A stretch of 64,000 bases of DNA from Candidatus Iainarchaeum sp. Its GTDB lineage: Archaea > Iainarchaeota > Iainarchaeia > Iainarchaeales > JAXPJC01. The stretch is from NCBI GenBank assembly GCA_016187745.1, contig JACPJC010000005.1, forward strand, positions 96,001-160,000, written 5' to 3'. The notes beneath the pieces were generated by a model. It made no database searches. It was not told the DNA's origin and worked only from the letters and a program-made list of their open reading frames with translations. Below are positions 56,782 to 64,000 of the stretch, one piece after another. A program made the translations under genes and the position numbers. Within the stretch, counting starts at the first letter, position 1. The number at the start of each line of letters is the position of its first letter.

Positions 56782-57564
56782 TTATTTGCTTCCCTGCAAT
56801 TTCTGCTTCCATGCCCTTACATCATCAATCAATTCATCCGCGCTTTTTTTAACCCCGACCCTTGTGAAGTAATTCGCAATATTGCGCATGTCGCGCATGA
56901 AGAATTCCTCAGCCTTAGGATGGCTTGTAAGGACCGCCTGCCCGATATCTATGAGCACAATCTCAGGGGCATTTTCCTTTTCCGCATTAACGAGAATATT
57001 GTATTCCGAAAGGTCGGCAAAGACCAGCTCCGCCTTATAGAGCAGTTTTGCGATATTTTCCGCAAGCGCCTCATATGCCCATGAATAATCGCCCATTTTT
57101 GTCTCGCGCAGGGTGCTTGAAGCATCCCCGTTTTTCCCTATGAATTCCATTGCAAGCACATTCTCATAATATCCATAGGGCATTGGAACTCTAGCTCCTA
57201 CAGAATTTGCAAGCCTCAGGTTCGCGAACTCCTTTTTTGTCCATGCATGCACAATATTGCGCTTTTCGTTCTTCACATTCTTGAAGCGCGGGTCCCCCTT
57301 CAGATAGTCCATCATGTGCCGAAATCCGCTTGTTTCTATTTTGTAAATCTTGACTGCCTTGTAGTTCCCGGAAGCATCAACCGCGCGGAAAACAACGGCT
57401 TCCTTCCCCGAGCTTATGGGGAATTCCAGCACACTGAAAATGCCCTTTTTCGCAAGCGCATGCACAGCGAGGATTGTGCTTTCATCAAACACCTTCCCGA
57501 AAACCTTGCGCAGCTTCTCGTCCCTTATGTAATTCTTCAGCGTTTCTTCAGCCTGCCCGTGCAT
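56782..57564 (-). CDS. rio1: RIO1-type serine/threonine kinase
   Basis: ISSGKEA, AVKIY, W.KKEFANL, DLSEYNIL, IDIGQAV...HP. Confidence 0.92.
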   Translation of the reverse strand: MHGQAEETLKNYIRDEKLRKVFGKVFDESTILAVHALAKKGIFSVLEFPISSGKEAVVFRAVDASGNYKAVKIYKIETSGFRHMMDYLKGDPRFKNVKNEKRNIVHAWTKKEFANLRLANSVGARVPMPYGYYENVLAMEFIGKNGDASSTLRETKMGDYSWAYEALAENIAKLLYKAELVFADLSEYNILVNAEKENAPEIVLIDIGQAVLTSHPKAEEFFMRDMRNIANYFTRVGVKKSADELIDDVRAWKQKLQGSK

Positions 57565-57631
57565 GTTTAGAATTAGCATCAATTGTAAGATAAATGTTTT
57601 GGGGATGGATGGCACAATGTTTTAAAAGAAG

Positions 57632-57643
57632 TTGTATATACAA
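57632..57643. promoter_or_regulatory. Perfect 12-bp palindrome TTGTATATACAA between the TATA box and RHH start (putative autoregulatory operator)
   Basis: Seen directly, just downstream of ttttaaaa. Confidence 0.55.
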
Positions 57644-57646
57644 TTG

Positions 57647-57919
57647 ATGTATATGAATGCAATGGTCAATATCCGCATAGGGCAGAAGCTTCTCAGGGAG
57701 ATAGATTCCGCTGTGAGGAATTCCACTTACGAGAGCAGGACCGAATTCATAAGGGAAGCTTTGCGCAAAATGCTTGATGAGCATAAGAAAAAAAGGATGA
57801 TAAAAAGTTTGCGCAGCAGGCTTGGCGAAGGCAAGCGCCTTGGCATAAAAGAGCCAACCCCTGAAGAATTTGAAAGGATCAGGGAAGAAGTTTGGGAAGA
57901 GCTCCATGGAAAGCATTAG
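57647..57919 (+). CDS. CopG/RHH DNA-binding protein (putative antitoxin)
   Basis: VNIRI...LL.EID......YESRTEFIREALRKML. Confidence 0.87.
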   Translation: MYMNAMVNIRIGQKLLREIDSAVRNSTYESRTEFIREALRKMLDEHKKKRMIKSLRSRLGEGKRLGIKEPTPEEFERIREEVWEELHGKH

Positions 57920-57920
57920 C

Positions 57921-58340
57921 TCATAACTCTTCTGGCTTGCGTACTTCAGCAATATCCCCTATTGCATAATAGTGATTGTCCCTGGAAATAAGCAAGGCCT
58001 TATTATCCCTTGCCAGAACCGCAAACAGCGCATCGTTTCTTGGAATATTCCGTTCCCCTGATAATTTCTCAGCCTCAATGGCCTGATTTTCTGATGCTTT
58101 AATGAATTGAATTTTTTTAGTTGCAATAAGTTCTTTGAATATTATTTCATTCAATTCATTTTCTTTTTTATTCAGGATTCTTTTCAGTTCGGTTATTACA
58201 TCGTCTGATGTAAGAATGTAAAATTCGCAGCTGATGCTTCTTTTAATCAATTGAAATGCAAATTCTCCCAACGGCACCACATGATTGCTTCTGTCCAGAT
58301 AGTAGTCTGCAAATATATTTGTATCAACAAATAGTTTCAT
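57921..58340 (-). CDS. PIN-domain protein (VapC-like)
   Basis: MKLFVDTNIF..EL..DALFAVLA..LISRDNHY. Confidence 0.9.
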   Translation of the reverse strand: MKLFVDTNIFADYYLDRSNHVVPLGEFAFQLIKRSISCEFYILTSDDVITELKRILNKKENELNEIIFKELIATKKIQFIKASENQAIEAEKLSGERNIPRNDALFAVLARDNKALLISRDNHYYAIGDIAEVRKPEEL

Positions 58341-58460
58341 AATAAAGTTCTGTTCAGGGCATTTATAGCGGTTTCGGGACCATTTCGCCGCTGAACGCGC
58401 AGCGGAGCAATGAAAAACAAAAAATTGCGCTCTCACAATTGCTATTGTGTTATGTAGCAG

Positions 58461-59159
58461 TTATATGAGCTTTGAGAGATTTTTCACTGCCTCATCAATA
58501 AGCATTTTTCCCTTTCTGCGCGATGCCTTTGTAGAATCGCCAAAAACCCCCGAAGGATTTGCCTTCCTGAATTCAAGCGCGCTCCCCTTTTTTGGGTAAT
58601 TAGGAAATGACCTGACAAGCCTGTTTTTCCTTACGCTTGCAGGAGCGAGCTCCATCATCTCGGAAGTTTCGCACTCGCCAGCGTGCGAATCCCCGGGCGT
58701 TTCAATGACCCTTTCTCTCGCATTTTTTTCAAGCGCACTTGCTCCTATATAGCTCGCATTAATTCCCCTTTTCCTGAGTTTTTTTACTGCCTGCTCCGCC
58801 GCCTTGCTGTGCTTTCTCCCATCATGCCCGCTGAAAACAAACATTTTCCTGAAGCCTGTGAAGTGCAGCGATTCGCACATTTCAACAATCACGCGCTTAA
58901 GCGTTTCTGCAGAAACAGAAACCGTTCCAGGATAGGCGTAAGTTTTCCTTCCCATTCCAATTATAATCGGCGGCAATAAAAAGAAGCTTTTCTTTACTCT
59001 TTTTGCAATCTCATATGCGCGCAGGTAATCAACAGAAACCGGCAAGTGATGGCCATGCTCCTCAAGCAAACTCAATGGAATTACAACTGTCCTTGTTCTC
59101 TTCTGTGCGGATTCAATTTCCTTCCAGCTCATCTGCTCGAACAAAAACGGCCCTGCCAT
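58461..59159 (-). CDS. Creatininase family amidohydrolase
   Basis: EEHGHHLP..D, YPGTVS, SGH.G, HAGECETS, SGVFGD. Confidence 0.9.
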   Translation of the reverse strand: MAGPFLFEQMSWKEIESAQKRTRTVVIPLSLLEEHGHHLPVSVDYLRAYEIAKRVKKSFFLLPPIIIGMGRKTYAYPGTVSVSAETLKRVIVEMCESLHFTGFRKMFVFSGHDGRKHSKAAEQAVKKLRKRGINASYIGASALEKNARERVIETPGDSHAGECETSEMMELAPASVRKNRLVRSFPNYPKKGSALEFRKANPSGVFGDSTKASRRKGKMLIDEAVKNLSKLI

Positions 59160-59163
59160 AATC

Positions 59164-59502
59164 TCACAGCGGCAGACTGTTCAGCAGTCCCCTCTTCTTT
59201 AAGTGCTCAACCTGCACTCCCACATAGCGCCATATTATGTCGCACTTAATTGGCTGGAAATCCCACAATTTAACAAGAACCAAATCCCCCTCTCTCATCC
59301 ATACGCGTTTTCTCATTCTTCCCGGAATCCTTGCAAGCCTTTCCTTCCCGTCCTCGCATGCAACTCTGATTTTGTCAACCCCAAGCAGCTGCATGACAAC
59401 AGCAAACTGCTCCAGCTCATTCTTCCTTGGGAACCTTATCCTTCCGATAAGCTCCTCAGGGCTCTGCTCCACATATTTTTTTCTGTCAGGTATGTTTTTC
59501 AC
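59164..59502 (-). CDS. eif1a: Translation initiation factor aIF-1A
   Basis: C.DGKER..RIPGRMRKRVW.REGD.V.V..WDFQ..K.DIIWRY. Confidence 0.95.
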   Translation of the reverse strand: MKNIPDRKKYVEQSPEELIGRIRFPRKNELEQFAVVMQLLGVDKIRVACEDGKERLARIPGRMRKRVWMREGDLVLVKLWDFQPIKCDIIWRYVGVQVEHLKKRGLLNSLPL

Positions 59503-59528
59503 CAGGCATTAAATTTTTTCAAACAAAA

Positions 59529-59834
59529 TCATATCTTAATTATCTGCACATGCGGGATTCCGCATATTTTTATTATGTCATTTCCGCTTATAATACCTTC
59601 CCTAAGAGCAACGCCCACGGCCTTCTTTCCCACAAGGTTTATGTTTGCATTTTCCTTCAGCGCTTTTGCAAGTTCCTTCCCGTCAGTTTTCCTGTTGCCA
59701 TAAAATTCCTCATCAACCCTGAATGCAATTTCCCCCTGCTTCAGCATTTTTCCCGCGAGCTCCCTGTCGCAGCAGGCAAACACAGAATCCTTCCCGATAA
59801 TGTGCAGTTTTGAATAAATGCTTCCACCTTGCAA
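59529..59834 (-). CDS. DUF424 family protein (start uncertain)
   Basis: ACCDRELAGK..FYG..NLVGKKAV..I.GIPH.Q. Confidence 0.85.
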   Translation of the reverse strand: MQGGSIYSKLHIIGKDSVFACCDRELAGKMLKQGEIAFRVDEEFYGNRKTDGKELAKALKENANINLVGKKAVGVALREGIISGNDIIKICGIPHVQIIKI

Positions 59835-59839
59835 TCCGG

Positions 59840-60265
59840 TTAAAGCCTCTTCACAGGGCTTGATGCGCCGCACGCCTCGCATTTCAGCAGCTTAACGCCG
59901 TGCTCATCCGCAATTTTTGTATCGGGGCGCGAGCACTCATGGCACAGAACATACATCCTGATGTAATTCGTGAAAATGTCATTTACCTGCTTGCTTGTGA
60001 ATTTTCCGTTCAGCACAAGCCTGTCCTCCTGCGTTGTTGCTTGGGTGCCTATCTCCTTTGTGATGTATTTCAGCATGTGCTCGGGCTCCCTCCTTATTGT
60101 TTTGAGTATGCTCCCGAAATTCTTCACGTTTGTTTTCTGCCCCTGTATGAAAGAATCAGCAACAGGCATCTCAAACCTCTCCTTTGTCAGCGCCTCCTTC
60201 GGAAGCGCGCTGTAGGCTCGCTCCAGCAGTTTTTCGTATTCGCCCTGTTCCATAATAATCAGCAT
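59840..60265 (-). CDS. eif2b: Translation initiation factor aIF-2 beta
   Basis: YEKLLERAY, ERFEMP, KEIGT, YVLCHECSRPDT..CEACGA. Confidence 0.95.
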   Translation of the reverse strand: MLIIMEQGEYEKLLERAYSALPKEALTKERFEMPVADSFIQGQKTNVKNFGSILKTIRREPEHMLKYITKEIGTQATTQEDRLVLNGKFTSKQVNDIFTNYIRMYVLCHECSRPDTKIADEHGVKLLKCEACGASSPVKRL

Positions 60266-60315
60266 AATAATTCACTACAGAAATGTATATAAACCTGCCA
60301 AACAGGCTTCTAACA

Positions 60316-60387
60316 ATATTCGGCAATAATCGTAAAAATAGAAATGTTTAAATACTGCTTGCATACAAGTATTTATGTGAGAAATTG
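60316..60387 (+). promoter_or_regulatory. Second copy of the upstream block found at 8665-8736
   Basis: cgtaaaaatagaaa..ttaaata..ttgcat..gtga.aaaTTG shared with paralog A. Confidence 0.75.
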
Positions 60388-61086
60388 GAAACAGTAAGAA
60401 TCCTTGTTTTTGGAAATGTGCAGGGTGTTGGCTTCCGCGCCTATGTAAAGCAAATAGCCAGAAATATGCAAATAATTGGCTTTGCGCGCAATTTGGATGA
60501 CGGTTCTGTGGAAATTTATGCGCAGGCTGCAAAGCCAATAATTTCCACTTTTATAAAAAGAATAACAATCCGTGGCAATTCTTCAGACCCATTATCACTA
60601 CATGTTGCAAAAACAGCAACTGCCTTTGAGCACAGCAAGGATTTCAAAAAACCCTGCAGAAAATTAAAAGCATTTGAAATAGACTATGGAAAGAAGCTCA
60701 AGGCAGAAGCCAAAGAGACTATAGAAAAGGCAGAGATTGCAACATTGATGATGCATTCACTGAAATCAGAAAACAACAAAAATTTCAAAAAACTTGGCTC
60801 AAAAATCAATAAAAATTTCAAAACACTCGGAGGCAAAACAGACTCTCTCAGAAAAGAAACCTCACAGAATTTCAAAAACCTTAGCTCAAAAACAGACAAT
60901 CTGACAAAGGTTGCAGCAGAAAGTTTTGATAAATTAGACAATAAATATGGTTCTGTTTCTTCAACTTTAAATAGCATAGACAATAAGCTTGGCAGCATAA
61001 ATGGCTGCATAAAAAGCATGAGTGGCGGGATAAAGCAAAACAACAAGCTGCTCTCAAAGATTGCAAACCGCTTTACTGTTGTTTAG
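60385..61086 (+). CDS. Acylphosphatase domain fused to 11/22-aa amphipathic repeats (paralog C)
   Basis: GNVQGVGFRAYV identical to paralog A; SDP.SLHV, FEIDYG, TLGGKTDSLRKETS.NFK, NNKLLSKIA. Confidence 0.87.
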   Translation: METVRILVFGNVQGVGFRAYVKQIARNMQIIGFARNLDDGSVEIYAQAAKPIISTFIKRITIRGNSSDPLSLHVAKTATAFEHSKDFKKPCRKLKAFEIDYGKKLKAEAKETIEKAEIATLMMHSLKSENNKNFKKLGSKINKNFKTLGGKTDSLRKETSQNFKNLSSKTDNLTKVAAESFDKLDNKYGSVSSTLNSIDNKLGSINGCIKSMSGGIKQNNKLLSKIANRFTVV

Positions 61087-61964
61087 AATCCCGCAAACTT
61101 CGCGACCGAATAGAGCACAAGCATTATTACCACCTGCAGTGGCAGCGCGGGGAGCGCCTTCCCCACGTGCTTGGACGAATAATCAACAGTTATTATCAGC
61201 CCCACAATCGAGCCCAGCAGGATAGCAAGCGCGGGCACCAAGTACAGGGGAAACGCAAGCGCGCTTGCATTCATTGCAGAGCTCGCAAACATCAATGGAA
61301 TTACCATGTCGCCTGTGCCAAGCTCAAACATGTGCGCGGGCACCTTCACCAATTTCCCCCTTTTCCTTCCGCTTGGCGCTTCCGCAATCAATTCCCCGCG
61401 GGCGGGCATTGCAAACGTAAACGCAAGGTTCATTTTCGTTATTGATTTTGCCATAACCACCATGTGCTTTGTCTTGAAAACCGCAATCAAATCATAAACC
61501 GCAAGCAGGGCGATGAAAACCATTACCGGCAGAACGCCCAAAGAAACCCCGATTACCGCGCCCGCGCCGCTTACCGCCAGAATGCTTGCAACATTCCTCA
61601 GCATAATATGCTGCGCGTAAATTATGCGCAGTAAAACAATGATGAAAGCAAGGGCAAACGCGATTATTTCGGGCATGAAAACCGAAAACACGATTGTTGA
61701 AGTGGCAAACACAGCAATCAGCTCAAGCAGCTTCATCACCCAGTAAAGCGGCTTGCGCTTCATGAAAAGGATCATGAGCAGAAGCGCCCCTGTAAAAACA
61801 AGAATATAAATAAACAGGCCCGCGGCATTTGCAATATCCTCGGGATTTTCCGTAACTATCGGAACGCTTATATGCATCCCGATAAGATTTACAGCAACGG
61901 CAATCCCGAGCGCCTGCACTATCAGAAAAAGCCCGATTAGCTGAAGCAATAGCCCCTTGTTCAT
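61083..61964 (-). CDS. Presenilin/SPP-family GxGD intramembrane aspartyl protease
   Basis: AVYDLIAVFKTKHM, LGTGD, LPALP. Confidence 0.92.
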   Translation of the reverse strand: MNKGLLLQLIGLFLIVQALGIAVAVNLIGMHISVPIVTENPEDIANAAGLFIYILVFTGALLLMILFMKRKPLYWVMKLLELIAVFATSTIVFSVFMPEIIAFALAFIIVLLRIIYAQHIMLRNVASILAVSGAGAVIGVSLGVLPVMVFIALLAVYDLIAVFKTKHMVVMAKSITKMNLAFTFAMPARGELIAEAPSGRKRGKLVKVPAHMFELGTGDMVIPLMFASSAMNASALAFPLYLVPALAILLGSIVGLIITVDYSSKHVGKALPALPLQVVIMLVLYSVAKFAGF

Positions 61965-62011
61965 AAGGCAATAATTAGATGGAATTAGAATTTAAGGGTT
62001 TGGGTCTGCAT

Positions 62012-62551
62012 TTAGGCATAGCCGCGCCTTGCGCCAAAATACTTTACTGCGCCATATGCGATTATGTATGCGGTAAATGCATAAAATACAGCCCAATCAT
62101 TGGTCAATAAAGAATAGATAAAAGTTGGCAGGGGATAGTACATCATTGCATACTCAAACAGAAAGCGAAACAAGCCATTCCTTACTTTCAGCACATCTCC
62201 GGTATAATCCTTAATTGCTCCGCATATAAGAAAAATCAGCCAAAACGCAAAAAAGATTATTGGCTGAAATTTGGCAAAGAAAAGAAAACCGATTATTATG
62301 ATTGTTGCTGCAGCCTGGTGATTCAAATAATCAAGCCTGTTGCGGACAATGAAGGCAATGTTCATTGCAAGAACTATATTTGCAATAGCATTATGGCTAA
62401 TAATCAGCAAAGCGCCAAAAAGACCCCACAAAATTCCAAAGAGAAGCGCACTTCCCCTGAACCATTTTAGCTTGTGCTCGTTAAGCAAATCAGCAAATTT
62501 CATTGTTGTGCCATATAAAACGGCACAGACAAGAAGCAACAACAAAGTCAT
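62012..62551 (-). CDS. Hypothetical multi-TM membrane protein
   Basis: Hydrophobic; K.AD..NEH and RLDY.NH polar motifs. Confidence 0.7.
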   Translation of the reverse strand: MTLLLLLVCAVLYGTTMKFADLLNEHKLKWFRGSALLFGILWGLFGALLIISHNAIANIVLAMNIAFIVRNRLDYLNHQAAATIIIIGFLFFAKFQPIIFFAFWLIFLICGAIKDYTGDVLKVRNGLFRFLFEYAMMYYPLPTFIYSLLTNDWAVFYAFTAYIIAYGAVKYFGARRGYA

Positions 62552-62596
62552 GTGATTATCACCTATTTATTCTTTGATTATCTCTCTGAGAAGACT

Positions 62597-64000
62597 CTAA
62601 AAGCCACCTTCTATTACCGCGCTCAGAATATTAATTTTTGGCAGCTCTTTTCCGAATCTTTCCAAATATCTTTTTTTGTAAATTTCGGCAATTTTCTTCA
62701 GACCTTTCTGATAAAAATTGTAGATTTCCTTTCCTGAAAGGTAATTAAGTTCATATTGTGGGAAATTCTCACCCCTATATAATTCCCAATTCTTATGCAA
62801 TATTTTTATTCCAAATTCCTTTGCATTGTCATACATCTGTGCCCCCGGAAATGGAACGACAATCCTATATTCAACAAAATCAACCAGGCCACTTTCCAAC
62901 AAAGAACACATTTCATTAATTGTAAGTTCCGCAGTTTCTTTTGTTTCCCCTGGCAGACCAACTAAGAAATAGCAATGAGCATTAATTCCATATTTCTTTG
63001 TCAGTTTGCATATCTCCCTAACCTTTTTGTATCTCAAGCCCTTTCTGTTAAGATTAAGAATTTCCTGAGAAGCGCTTTCCACTCCATACTGGATTTCAGT
63101 GCATTTTTTGGATTCAGCAACCTTTTTGATTATTTCTTCGTCAGTGCTTTCAAGCCTGACTTGATAGCCAACAACAATGTCAAGCCTGAGTTTGTTGATT
63201 TTATTAATTGCATTCAACGCCCTTTCCTTATCAAAGAAAAAATTTTCATCCCCAAAATATATGTATTTTGTTTTAAAATTTTTATGAAGGTATTTGATTT
63301 CATTGATTGCTTCAGCAATAGGCCTTTCTGCAAAGCCTTTGTTGTGAATTGTATCAGCGCAAAATACGCAACTTCCATTCCTTCTGCAACCAAGCGAAGT
63401 GAATATCCTTGCGGCAGGCAATGTTTTTACATTAAGTAGTTCATTTGCAGGATGAGGGTAATCTGAAAAGCCCGTCATTGCAGGTTCCTTTGCTATGACT
63501 TTACTTCCCTTCCTGTAACAAATGCCAGGGATATAATTTATGGAATGTTTGTTTTCCAGCGCCTCTGCCAGCATTGCTATTGGAAGCTCGCCCTTTCCCT
63601 TAACAACAAAGTCAAATGCCGACAGCAAATCTTCCAAGTCTTTTCCGCCTGCGCCGCTGGCATGAGGCCCGCCAAGGATTGTTACAATTTTAGGGTTAAT
63701 GCTCTTGGCTAATTTTGCATAACTCTTTGCAACCGGGATTGCACAAGTATGGGCGCTAAAGCAAATCATTTGCGGATTTTCTTTTTTGCTCAACTCCAGC
63801 AACTTTTTGTAGAATAATTTTTCCCTTTCTTGAATTGGCACATTTTCGGGCTTTGGCGCCAAATAGAAAACTTTATGCCCTTTTTTCTCCAATACGCTTG
63901 CTATAGAAAGCAGGCCAACATTCTGGTTCTCGGCATTGCCAAGTTCAATTAATTCCTTTTTTGACAAGTTTGAGTAGGTAAGTTTGGTTTTCAGCGCATA
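62597..64000 (-). CDS. B12-binding-domain radical SAM protein, 5' end beyond the window
   Basis: GLLSIASVL..ILGGPH..D.VV.G.GE; TSLGC-x5-CVFC; YFGDENF; GVES; VGLPGET; frame open to window end. Confidence 0.9.
   Translation of the reverse strand, partial: YALKTKLTYSNLSKKELIELGNAENQNVGLLSIASVLEKKGHKVFYLAPKPENVPIQEREKLFYKKLLELSKKENPQMICFSAHTCAIPVAKSYAKLAKSINPKIVTILGGPHASGAGGKDLEDLLSAFDFVVKGKGELPIAMLAEALENKHSINYIPGICYRKGSKVIAKEPAMTGFSDYPHPANELLNVKTLPAARIFTSLGCRRNGSCVFCADTIHNKGFAERPIAEAINEIKYLHKNFKTKYIYFGDENFFFDKERALNAINKINKLRLDIVVGYQVRLESTDEEIIKKVAESKKCTEIQYGVESASQEILNLNRKGLRYKKVREICKLTKKYGINAHCYFLVGLPGETKETAELTINEMCSLLESGLVDFVEYRIVVPFPGAQMYDNAKEFGIKILHKNWELYRGENFPQYELNYLSGKEIYNFYQKGLKKIAEIYKKRYLERFGKELPKINILSAVIEGGF

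Overview
This is gene-dense archaeal chromosomal DNA. The gene set (LonB, Csl4, RpoL, PCNA x2, PriL/PriS, GINS, aIF2 alpha/beta, aIF1A, aRF1, Dph2, L10e, Topo VI, S-layer protein, intron-containing tRNA-Cys) and the frequent TTG/GTG starts suggest a DPANN-type organism such as Diapherotrites or Micrarchaeota; the taxonomy is inference only. Housekeeping clusters are interrupted by single inserted genes. The main oddities are: (1) an aRF1 in which the near-universal GGQ motif reads GGF; (2) three acylphosphatase/11-22-aa amphipathic-repeat fusion paralogs, two of which share a duplicated ~70-bp upstream block; (3) two independent RHH + PIN gene pairs arranged tail-to-tail instead of as operons; (4) an unannotated ~85-nt structured RNA candidate with its own TATA box and T-rich terminator; (5) a 491-aa LAGLIDADG intein in Topo VI-A; (6) a restriction-modification locus apparently fused by deletion; (7) several orphan basic small proteins. 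No CRISPR array, rRNA or transposase was seen. All calls come from motif recognition by eye; no searches were run.
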